From IMG/VR virus record IMGVR_UViG_3300019762_000001, positions 1 to 64,000 of that record: a stretch of DNA of 64,000 nt. One strand, given 5' to 3'. Source of the DNA: a virus. This document shows positions 9,762 through 17,202 of the stretch, one piece after another. Numbering within the stretch: the first letter of the stretch is position 1; the number at the start of each line of letters is the position of its first letter. Position numbers and translations under genes: made by a program. The notes under the pieces were generated by a model. The model was not told the DNA's origin and ran no database searches. It saw only the letters and a list, made by a program, of their open reading frames with translations.

Positions 9762-10169
9762 CTATACCGCCTTTTCAGCGAAGTTCACTTTGCAGAACTC
9801 TTCATATTTAGCTTTTAACTCTTTCTTGTCTTTAACCTTGGCGGAGGCTATTTTAGCAAGAAAAGCAGTATTTTGCTTTCTGATTTTTTGGCGGTGTGAT
9901 TTTCTAGCTTGGGTATCGATACAGCCCTTAGGATAAACGTACTTTAGCGGTTTATTAAGTACTGTTTTTTGTGTTGCTGCAATTGCAACAGCTTCCTTGA
10001 TTGAATCGACCTCACCCTTGTTTTTCTGTAATTTCTTTTTCGGTTCTTTGGCAGCGGTAGCCTTAGATTTAATTGGGGTGGTCTTCTGTTTAGAAGAAGG
10101 TGATAGGTTAGATACTGCCTTTTTAAGGTCATTGTCTGTTGCCTGTTTAACTTTTTTAGTAGTTGCCAT
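9762..10169 (-). CDS. Lys-rich basic protein with KYxYP module
   Basis: very basic; KYVYPKGCIDTQARKSHRQKIR. Confidence 0.85.
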   Translation of the reverse strand: MATTKKVKQATDNDLKKAVSNLSPSSKQKTTPIKSKATAAKEPKKKLQKNKGEVDSIKEAVAIAATQKTVLNKPLKYVYPKGCIDTQARKSHRQKIRKQNTAFLAKIASAKVKDKKELKAKYEEFCKVNFAEKAV

Positions 10170-10194
10170 GTCTTTAAATTTTTATTAGTTATAC

Positions 10195-10244
10195 TGATTA
10201 ATTATTTATACTACAAATATAAATAAAATAATAACTCGATGCAA
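10195..10244. repeat. 50-bp direct repeat, copy 1 (contains promoter)
   Basis: 49/50 identical to 12355-12404. Confidence 0.95.
10214..10244 (-). promoter_or_regulatory. sigmaA-type early promoter
   Basis: TTGCATCGAGTTATTATTTTATTTATATTTG (TTG-N20-TAnnTTTG). Confidence 0.85.
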
Positions 10245-10268
10245 GGATCTTCAGGGCCAACCAAGATC

Positions 10269-11021
10269 CTACCGTTTAGCCCTCTTTTTCTTTTTTCTCC
10301 TTTTTGCTATTGCTTTTTTATTAAAGCCAGATTTTGAGGAATTTCCACGGTCGTAAGGGGGATTATTATGAATAAGGTCTTTCTTTAAGCCCTCATGTTC
10401 ATACCCCATAGGGATATCATTCATGATAGATTCCCTGATGCTAAGTTGTAGATTTTTCATGGTATTACCGGATTGTCTAGCCTTCTCTACCATTAGGATT
10501 CTCTCAGTTGCTTCTACCAGAGTAAAGTTGGTAGTTCTTGATAATTGTATTGCTGCCTCCCTAAGGTTTTCTGCAGCATCATGGGCAGTCATTCCAACCC
10601 CTATTATCCTCCCCTTGGTATCCCAAGTTATTACCCCCCTAGTTTCAAAGTCTACCCTTGGGAGTTCATTATCCCATACTGTTGGTAAGGTTTTATGGCC
10701 ATTAACTTTTTCCCAAGCTTTTTCCCAGACTTCTTTTAGCCAAATATCTTTTTCTTGACTTGGTGTGAGACATATGAGTCTATCATGGCCAAGGCATTCC
10801 CCAAGCCTAGATACAAGCTCCATATTGTATTTCCCCATACCCCTATGGGCTATCATCTCAGCCCGTGTAATGTCTAATACCTTTTTCTCCGCAGCTTCAA
10901 AATCTGTGATTATGGCCTTGGGTAATGGGCCCACCCCCCCATAACTATCCACCGGGTATATAGCTTTTTGGTATTTATGGAGTCTTCTGCCTTTTAGGCT
11001 TTTATCGTTGTTCTCGCTCAT
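10269..11021 (-). CDS. motif-mosaic protein (PolA, terminase/helicase, tape-measure and MTase signature fragments), basic C-tail
   Basis: the ORF is clear; the motif reading is given in the findings. Confidence 0.75.
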   Translation of the reverse strand: MSENNDKSLKGRRLHKYQKAIYPVDSYGGVGPLPKAIITDFEAAEKKVLDITRAEMIAHRGMGKYNMELVSRLGECLGHDRLICLTPSQEKDIWLKEVWEKAWEKVNGHKTLPTVWDNELPRVDFETRGVITWDTKGRIIGVGMTAHDAAENLREAAIQLSRTTNFTLVEATERILMVEKARQSGNTMKNLQLSIRESIMNDIPMGYEHEGLKKDLIHNNPPYDRGNSSKSGFNKKAIAKRRKKKKRAKR

Positions 11022-11322
11022 ATTGAATGGGTGTTAAGTCATACTCATCTCCGAGGTATTCTCTCATATAATCTTTGAATTCATCCTCATCCATAAGTAA
11101 GATGTCGTTGTCTTTGGTTGTTTGCCTAGAGGGATCAGGCCCCATTGGGGTGTATTTGAAAGAGTCTACCCTTTCTCTTTTGGGTAGACTCTCCCTATAC
11201 TTGATTATCTCCATATCCTCTCTGTCGTATTTAGCATCTAGTCTCAAATTTGCATATGCGAGTAGAATTACTCCGATTAGTACAAAAATGAATGCTTGCT
11301 CAGATTGATTTGGTTTTGCCAT
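11002..11322 (-). CDS. membrane-anchored hypothetical protein
   Basis: N-terminal TM segment AFIFVLIGVILLAYA; acidic C-terminus. Confidence 0.75.
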   Translation of the reverse strand: MAKPNQSEQAFIFVLIGVILLAYANLRLDAKYDREDMEIIKYRESLPKRERVDSFKYTPMGPDPSRQTTKDNDILLMDEDEFKDYMREYLGDEYDLTPIQYEREQR

Positions 11323-12338
11323 TAGTCATTAAAATAAGCGGTTAATTCCTCTGAAGTCTTTTGTATAATGCCCATGGCTTTTTCATATTCAGCTACCTTT
11401 GGTTTTATAGCCTTAAGTTTATTTATAAAATCCTCCAAGGGAGCTACCACCTCATCAGAGTATTCCTCCACGAAATCTCCGGATTGGATTACTTTAATAG
11501 CCAGGGCAGTTACGTTTACCTCATTATCTATATCATCTCCCCCGAATAGATACTTTAGGGAGTCGATAGCATCATCTAATTCATCTTCATCGGGTAATCC
11601 TCTAAAGGGGGGAGTATTTCTTATGATTTTTTGGAGATTTAGGTCATCCTTTATAGCCTCTATTCTTTCTTTAACCACCTCCCCAAGATATTCTATAGTA
11701 TCTTCTGAATGTTCCAAAACGAACCTTTTAAAGTTAGCTTTAACCTTTTTTTGTACCGGGCCCAAAGGTATCTCAATTGGTAAATGGTTGTTCAGCACGC
11801 TATTATCATGGAGCACCCTATCCATTTCTATCCCCAATTGCATAGCATTACCAAAGCTTCCTAGGATTAGGGATACTCTTTTGGTATCCATCAGGGGCTT
11901 AGCTCGTTTAATTGGCGCGGGCTTAGCTGGTATAGGGGTATACTCATATTTAAAGCCTATCTCCGGAAATCCCGAAAGATCAATATTTTGTACCATATCC
12001 GTAGGAGGGCTTTGGAAGTGTAGAGAATCTAACCCATAGGCTTTTTGGAATGATTTCACCAACCCGGTTTTTAATTGAGTTTCTAATTGATTGAACCAAA
12101 ATTCCACAGTATCCTCTGTAGATAGGGTTAGTTCCAGACTGTTATATAGCTCAATATACCAAGCAGATGAGGGATAATCCTTCACCTCATGTATAATGAA
12201 ATTGGGGTTAATGACAGTGTTAGAGCCCATATCTGCCAAGTCAAGGGCTTTTTCTATTGCTTCCCTTACTGTTTTGGTGTGTCCGGAAATTGTGGGTATT
12301 GCCAAGAATACCATCTTGTAGTTAGCTTCAATATTCAT
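11322..12338 (-). CDS. hypothetical protein, possibly motif-mosaic
   Basis: 338-aa ORF directly after a promoter; contains DDAIDSLKY and NTPPF. Confidence 0.75.
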   Translation of the reverse strand: MNIEANYKMVFLAIPTISGHTKTVREAIEKALDLADMGSNTVINPNFIIHEVKDYPSSAWYIELYNSLELTLSTEDTVEFWFNQLETQLKTGLVKSFQKAYGLDSLHFQSPPTDMVQNIDLSGFPEIGFKYEYTPIPAKPAPIKRAKPLMDTKRVSLILGSFGNAMQLGIEMDRVLHDNSVLNNHLPIEIPLGPVQKKVKANFKRFVLEHSEDTIEYLGEVVKERIEAIKDDLNLQKIIRNTPPFRGLPDEDELDDAIDSLKYLFGGDDIDNEVNVTALAIKVIQSGDFVEEYSDEVVAPLEDFINKLKAIKPKVAEYEKAMGIIQKTSEELTAYFND

Positions 12339-12354
12339 TTTGTTTGTTTTAAAT

Positions 12355-12404
12355 TGATTAATTATTTATACTACAAATATAAATAAAATAATAACCCGAT
12401 GCAA
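12355..12404. repeat. 50-bp direct repeat, copy 2 (contains promoter)
   Basis: 49/50 identical to 10195-10244. Confidence 0.95.
12374..12404 (-). promoter_or_regulatory. sigmaA-type early promoter
   Basis: TTGCATCGGGTTAT...TATATTTG, N20 spacer. Confidence 0.85.
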
Positions 12405-12433
12405 TATTCCACCGGGTTAACGGTTGACCAGCC

Positions 12434-12799
12434 TTATCTTTCTCTTAGTATAGCCTTTAAGCCTGGTCTATTTTTACTATCCCCGATGGTAAAGCTAAAG
12501 CTATCATCCAGGCAGCACCCATCAAAGTCATCATCTTTTCTGTAGCCTTTGCCCGTCCATAGGGAATAAGAAACATAATCATCAGGGGCATTCCTGTGGA
12601 AGGTTAGAGTAAAAGGATTGAACCTTATTGGAGCATCCCAGCAGTTATGGAAGTGGAGATCTCTCATAAGAACTTTACGTACATCCCAGTAGGTATTCCA
12701 GTTTTTATCTCTCCAAAGGCATAGGATTATTATGGCATGAAGGAATATGAATGATACCACTACTATAGCTATTACCACTCCGATATCTTGGATCATCAT
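12434..12799 (-). CDS. membrane-anchored hypothetical protein
   Basis: N-terminal TM helix; overlaps the upstream stop. Confidence 0.75.
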   Translation of the reverse strand: MMIQDIGVVIAIVVVSFIFLHAIIILCLWRDKNWNTYWDVRKVLMRDLHFHNCWDAPIRFNPFTLTFHRNAPDDYVSYSLWTGKGYRKDDDFDGCCLDDSFSFTIGDSKNRPGLKAILRER

Positions 12800-13032
12800 A
12801 ATATTCGATATTGGTTTAGTAATTCCATCACTTGGAAATCCTCTTGATTCTCCATCAATGTCTCAGCAGTTTCCTTGGCTGATAGCCCACTGTCTGAAAG
12901 CTCTTCCTGGAGTATCTCAATTTCCATTATCTCTGAAATTGGTATTTCATAATGCTCTTCAGTGTAATCCTGCCTCTTACTAGTAAAAGACAGATTAGTT
13001 GGAGTAAGTTTACTATGGGTAATAGTGCACAT
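12796..13032 (-). CDS. small acidic hypothetical protein
   Basis: ORF within operon. Confidence 0.65.
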   Translation of the reverse strand: MCTITHSKLTPTNLSFTSKRQDYTEEHYEIPISEIMEIEILQEELSDSGLSAKETAETLMENQEDFQVMELLNQYRIL

Positions 13033-13053
13033 AATACTAGATTTTAATGGTGT

Positions 13054-13293
13054 TTAATGAGTTTCCCTATTTTTGAGGGGGCAATATTTACAGTTTCCGA
13101 GATTCTCTGCTATATCCTGGGGTAGTACCAGTACTACTTGTTCAGCATCATTTAAAACGTCTGGCTCTCGTAAGTATATCGACTCAGCCGGGTAAATGCA
13201 GGATCCTATTTGTATGTTGAATACAGAGTTAGTATTCAGGTGGGGGGTCCCCATCAGATCTATTACTTTTGGTTGGGTTTTATTGTTTGCCAT
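13054..13293 (-). CDS. hypothetical protein with C-terminal CxxC
   Basis: CKYC; GGAGG upstream of the start. Confidence 0.7.
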   Translation of the reverse strand: MANNKTQPKVIDLMGTPHLNTNSVFNIQIGSCIYPAESIYLREPDVLNDAEQVVLVLPQDIAENLGNCKYCPLKNRETH

Positions 13294-13295
13294 GA

Positions 13296-13577
13296 TTATA
13301 CCTCCTTTATGTATTCTTCTTTTAATAGCTTTTGTAGGATCTTATCATCCTCTGTTCGGGCATTTCTACTGGCTACTCCAAATACAACCCTATACCGGGC
13401 AAGTTCTTGGGAGCTTAACCCCATCCAATGGTAACTACAGAATTCCCCATTTAGTTTGGCATGTTGGGTAGCTAAGTTATCCCTCTTGTAGCTATTATGG
13501 AATTTCATTCCCTTTTGGGTTAATTTAATCCCAATGTCTGTTTTCTTGTTTTGGTCTTTTTTCTTACGTAAGTCCAT
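13296..13577 (-). CDS. hypothetical protein
   Basis: ORF within operon. Confidence 0.7.
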   Translation of the reverse strand: MDLRKKKDQNKKTDIGIKLTQKGMKFHNSYKRDNLATQHAKLNGEFCSYHWMGLSSQELARYRVVFGVASRNARTEDDKILQKLLKEEYIKEV

Positions 13578-13588
13578 GTTGTTAATGT

Positions 13589-14074
13589 TTATTCAATGTT
13601 AAACCTTCGTTTTAATATAAGATGGAAGTGGGGATGCTGAAATAGTTTTATAGACTCCTCAGTGGTAATCTCCCTACCGTAATATCTATTTGGGGTTTTA
13701 TACCCATTTATCCTTTCGATTAGCCTTTCCTCGATAGCCTCAAATCCATGGGGTTGGCTTGGTACAGTATTATAATACTCCGGATACTCCTCATAGATAT
13801 CCCAATTAGCTGAGTAATCAGTGAATGAGAATCCACGTAGTATCATTTCTTCTTGTAGGAGTAAATATCTATTGTAAGTATACTCCCCTTTGTCTAGGAA
13901 GTATAATACGTGCCCCTTATTTAGTGTGAATCTCTCAGGGATATCATCCATTGGTATACCCCTCTCCAGTCGTAATCGTAGATTGCCAGGTACTCGTTTT
14001 ATTTCCCTAAGCTCTGCTTTTACTAGCTTATCAATTAAGTCGCATGGGTGAACCCCATAATTAATTCGAGTCAT
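13589..14074 (-). CDS. denV: pyrimidine-dimer DNA glycosylase (T4 endonuclease V family)
   Basis: MTRIN N-terminus, L.D..AE.RE..RV, F.L..GH..YF.DK..Y...RY..L..EM..RG. Confidence 0.9.
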   Translation of the reverse strand: MTRINYGVHPCDLIDKLVKAELREIKRVPGNLRLRLERGIPMDDIPERFTLNKGHVLYFLDKGEYTYNRYLLLQEEMILRGFSFTDYSANWDIYEEYPEYYNTVPSQPHGFEAIEERLIERINGYKTPNRYYGREITTEESIKLFQHPHFHLILKRRFNIE

Positions 14075-14096
14075 ATTATTTATTTGTTTTGTTATA

Positions 14097-14127
14097 CAAA
14101 TATAATAAAAATAATAACTCAGTTTAG
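14097..14127 (-). promoter_or_regulatory. sigmaA-type promoter (-33 degenerate)
   Basis: ACTGAGTTATT...TATATTTG. Confidence 0.7.
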
Positions 14128-14156
14128 GTTCTCAGGTCCATCCCAGATCCAACACT

Positions 14157-14187
14157 AAAAAGGCTTCTCATGATAGAGAAGCCTTTT
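14157..14187 (-). terminator. intrinsic terminator (bidirectional shape)
   Basis: AAAAGGCTTCTC/GAGAAGCCTTTT. Confidence 0.8.
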
Positions 14188-14229
14188 CTATTTCTTATTA
14201 CCAGAAATAAAGCAGTTACAGAAAATAAC

Positions 14230-14832
14230 CTAAATATTTAGTTCGGCTAGGGCATTAGCTCCGAACATCTTGTGATATATCTGCTTTAGTTTGGTTGTGT
14301 ATAAAGGATCTGTTGCATACCTTAACCATCGACCTCTATTGTCGCGGGTTAAGCGATTTAAGAAGTCGAAGTAATCCCCCTTTCTTGTTGGCGTGTACAG
14401 TTTATCCTGCCATTTCTTGTAGTACTTGAGAGATTCGGTTTTGTCGTTGAATCTCATGTTCCTGTGATGGTCACCACCTAACCCCAATAAGTTGTTGCGG
14501 TGATGGTAAGCATGGCTTGAGAAATGGCCGGTTTCGAGTATAACTTGGCAAAGAACTATGTCTGGATGCTGAATATCCAACTCTTGTAGTTGGTTGTATA
14601 CAGCCTGAGCAGTTTGCATATCCTTTGCCCATTTTATGCTAGGCTGCTCAGTTGAGGTCCGAGGACTCTCTATAGTCCAGGTATTTGTAGTGTCTACATC
14701 AGGTTCAGGCATCTCGGCTTGAACTTGGGTAAGGTGTGGGGTATTGGGATTATTCTTGAAGGCATATAAACCAGTAATTAGGTTTGATACCAATAATAGA
14801 ATTACAACCCCATGTCCTGTTCTCTTACTCAT
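14230..14832 (-). CDS. GH73 glucosaminidase-family peptidoglycan hydrolase with N-terminal signal/anchor
   Basis: Q.ILETG catalytic Glu, NNLLGL, YATDPLY motif; hydrophobic N-terminus. Confidence 0.85.
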   Translation of the reverse strand: MSKRTGHGVVILLLVSNLITGLYAFKNNPNTPHLTQVQAEMPEPDVDTTNTWTIESPRTSTEQPSIKWAKDMQTAQAVYNQLQELDIQHPDIVLCQVILETGHFSSHAYHHRNNLLGLGGDHHRNMRFNDKTESLKYYKKWQDKLYTPTRKGDYFDFLNRLTRDNRGRWLRYATDPLYTTKLKQIYHKMFGANALAELNI

Positions 14833-14976
14833 GGTTTTGGTTTTTGGTTAAACTTACTTCCCTTTCATCACCAAATGCCCGGTGTTACCCGAGCTTTGGC
14901 TTTTTTGCATGATACTTAATTATGATTTATTCTGCTCCAATGGAGTCCTTGAGTATATCAATAGTAGATTTGGTTC

Positions 14977-15014
14977 TAGCATGCTACTCCCCATTGGGGG
15001 TTTTTCCAGGCCCA
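14977..15014. repeat. 38-bp imperfect direct repeat, copy A
   Basis: 35/38 identical to 15300-15337. Confidence 0.9.
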
Positions 15015-15017
15015 GGA

Positions 15018-15305
15018 TTATGGGTATCTTGGCTCTATGATAGCTTTGTGCATACCCATCATTGGGATGATTAGTAGTCCCAGGAATACCCATGAAGCAT
15101 ATATAAGGGCCTCACCCAGTAGCTGCATAGATGTTAACCTACCAACTTTATGGGTTATTTTGGGGGTTACCTGGTCTAAGAAATTTGTCTTTCGTTTCCA
15201 TGCACAGTACCTGATTCGGATGGACCATGTTACTAAGAAGATTAGGCCTGGTATATAATATACCAGTACCCAAGTCCTAGTATCAGAGATAATTTCACTT
15301 AGCAT
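15018..15305 (-). CDS. two-TM membrane protein
   Basis: two hydrophobic helices; start MLSEII at 15305 coupled to the upstream stop. Confidence 0.7.
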   Translation of the reverse strand: MLSEIISDTRTWVLVYYIPGLIFLVTWSIRIRYCAWKRKTNFLDQVTPKITHKVGRLTSMQLLGEALIYASWVFLGLLIIPMMGMHKAIIEPRYP

Positions 15306-15574
15306 GATACTCCCCATTGAGGTTTTTTCCAGGCCCATTTGATAGCCAGGCATATTCTCCTAAATCGGTTAGGGATTTTGGGAGGTTTAAGATATCCGGT
15401 ATTACCCTGGTAGCCTTTGTATATCAGTAGTTCCTTGATATACTTAGCCTCAGCCTCGGTTACCTTATCATATGGTTTCTGGAAGAACTTAGAGGCATTA
15501 ACCTTGTAGGTGCTAACCACTTCCAGACCCGAACCCATGTCATGTATAGCCACCACCAAGTCTGAATCTAACAT
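15299..15574 (-). CDS. small protein resembling the family-A DNA polymerase fingers/O-helix segment
   Basis: YKVNASKFFQKPYDKVTEAEAKYIKELLIYKGYQG. Confidence 0.65.
   Translation of the reverse strand: MLDSDLVVAIHDMGSGLEVVSTYKVNASKFFQKPYDKVTEAEAKYIKELLIYKGYQGNTGYLKPPKIPNRFRRICLAIKWAWKKPQWGVSC
15300..15337. repeat. 38-bp imperfect direct repeat, copy B
   Basis: 35/38 identical to 14977-15014. Confidence 0.9.
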
Positions 15575-15849
15575 GCCATTTCCTCCACTTTGTTACCCCC
15601 CTTTTCCTTAACCTGGACTACCTCCAGTTTCTTGTTTGCCCGGATGGTTTTAGAGAATTCGGCTCCTACTGATTCCGCACTCAGTAGGGCCTTATAAATT
15701 CCCCTTGTTACGGGGTAGTACGTATACTCAGCCCCGGTTGTAAATTGTACCTTAAGTACATTATTCGATTTTGAGTGGCCTATAGCCTTGATGTTAGATG
15801 ATTCTACATCGTGCATCTTAAATTTTAATACTTGTGGTGTTTTGCTCAT
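15568..15849 (-). CDS. KTSC domain protein
   Basis: VESSNIKAIGH..LKVQF..GAEYTY..V...IY..LL.AES.G. Confidence 0.9.
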   Translation of the reverse strand: MSKTPQVLKFKMHDVESSNIKAIGHSKSNNVLKVQFTTGAEYTYYPVTRGIYKALLSAESVGAEFSKTIRANKKLEVVQVKEKGGNKVEEMAC

Positions 15850-15851
15850 AA

Positions 15852-16235
15852 CTAGTTAATTCTAAGTTTAGGTCTATCATTTACTAATATTCGTTTCCAG
15901 AGTTTAGCTAGATTCTCCCGGTTTATTTGAGTTTCCATGAATCTATTCTCTATAGCATTGAGGGCAGTGGAGAATAGCGATTTCTCAACCCCAACCGGTA
16001 AATTCCTTATATCAGAGGGCTCTGCCATAAGGTCTTCGAAGGTTTTTCGAATCAGGTTTAAGGAATTATCAAAATCCCCAACAGTGCAACCCCTTTGTGA
16101 TATGATATCAAGGAACTGATCGGTATATTTTTTGTCCTCATTAATAGAATCTAAGGACTTGATAAGCTCCGAGCATACTTCTCTAGTGATTTGATCCACT
16201 GTGGTACACTGGCTAGATAATCTAATTATTTTCAT
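15852..16235 (-). CDS. hypothetical protein
   Basis: ORF directly after a promoter. Confidence 0.75.
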   Translation of the reverse strand: MKIIRLSSQCTTVDQITREVCSELIKSLDSINEDKKYTDQFLDIISQRGCTVGDFDNSLNLIRKTFEDLMAEPSDIRNLPVGVEKSLFSTALNAIENRFMETQINRENLAKLWKRILVNDRPKLRIN

Positions 16236-16264
16236 ATTATTTTTATTGCTTTTTAATTATGAAA

Positions 16265-16295
16265 CAAATATATAAATAATAATAACCCAATGCAA
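16265..16295 (-). promoter_or_regulatory. sigmaA-type early promoter
   Basis: TTGCATTGGGTTAT...TATATTTG, N20 spacer. Confidence 0.85.
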
Positions 16296-16316
16296 ATCTT
16301 GGAGGGTACTTTTTTA
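16291..16316. repeat. 26-bp perfect repeat at the upstream edge of a promoter
   Basis: tgcaaatcttggagggtactttttta, identical at 22046-22071. Confidence 0.9.
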
Positions 16317-16323
16317 CCACGTT

Positions 16324-16353
16324 AAAAGGGGAGCCCCGTAGTAGCTCCCCTTT
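16324..16353 (-). terminator. intrinsic terminator
   Basis: AAAGGGGAGC/GCTCCCCTTT. Confidence 0.8.
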
Positions 16354-16356
16354 ATG

Positions 16357-17115
16357 TTATTTTGGCATTTTTACGAATGGTTCCCACCTTCTGTAGAACT
16401 TGGATTTTGCAGGTTTACCGTTTGCCAGTTCTCTACATTCTTTTCGGAATTTTTCCCTTTCCTCTTCTGTCATGGCCCTATCGAACTTCATAGCACCATT
16501 ACTCTTGATCACCTCAGTAGCATGTTTAGGTATGGATAGCTTTACCTTTTTATATAACTCTCCATTTAAGTAAATACTCAAACGCTCTGAACGTTTTCCA
16601 ATGAGTCTAGCACATATAACCATTTGCGGGTCATATTTATCATTAGCGGGATCTTTAGCAAACTTGATAGCTCTCATCATATAGGAATATTTCTCATCCT
16701 GATGAATCTTGCTTAACCCTAGTTTATCCCATAAGCCCAAGGCCTGTAGAAAGGATTTATCTACGAATCTGAAGTCCCCCTCGTTTCGTAGGTAGTCGAA
16801 AAAGGAGTTCTGATCCTTTTTGGTACATGCAACATCTAATAGTTCTTTGCGTTGATCTGCTGACATTTCCGGTTCTGGTTTGTTTATAGCTGTTCTTCCC
16901 CTCCCTCTTGGTGATTCTAGGTTACCAACTAGTTGGTCCAGGTATATCTTGGCTTTTTCTACATCGGCAGTTGTGAGCAGGGTGAACTCTACTCGGAATT
17001 TACCATTATGTACATCTTTGGGCCCAGCATAGAATTCAGTTGCCTGATCCACCAGTCTATCCTGGGTAATTACCCCCTCCTCATTAAATAGCTGTAATCT
17101 CAGTTTAGATTTCAT
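16357..17115 (-). CDS. hypothetical basic protein
   Basis: 252-aa ORF between two terminators. Confidence 0.8.
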   Translation of the reverse strand: MKSKLRLQLFNEEGVITQDRLVDQATEFYAGPKDVHNGKFRVEFTLLTTADVEKAKIYLDQLVGNLESPRGRGRTAINKPEPEMSADQRKELLDVACTKKDQNSFFDYLRNEGDFRFVDKSFLQALGLWDKLGLSKIHQDEKYSYMMRAIKFAKDPANDKYDPQMVICARLIGKRSERLSIYLNGELYKKVKLSIPKHATEVIKSNGAMKFDRAMTEEEREKFRKECRELANGKPAKSKFYRRWEPFVKMPK

Positions 17116-17132
17116 TTATTTCCCTTTAAATT

Positions 17133-17167
17133 AAAAAAGGCTTACCCCGGTTAAAGAGTAAGCCTTT
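17133..17167 (-). terminator. intrinsic terminator
   Basis: AAAGGCTTAC/GTAAGCCTTT followed by a T run on the - strand. Confidence 0.8.
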
Positions 17168-17202
17168 CTACATTATGATTCAGATTATAAGCTTACCAGA
17201 TA

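Noticed and set aside
14977-15337. Diversity-generating retroelement TR/VR pair
   Set aside because: Only 38 bp, mismatches are not adenine-specific on one strand, and no reverse transcriptase is in the window.
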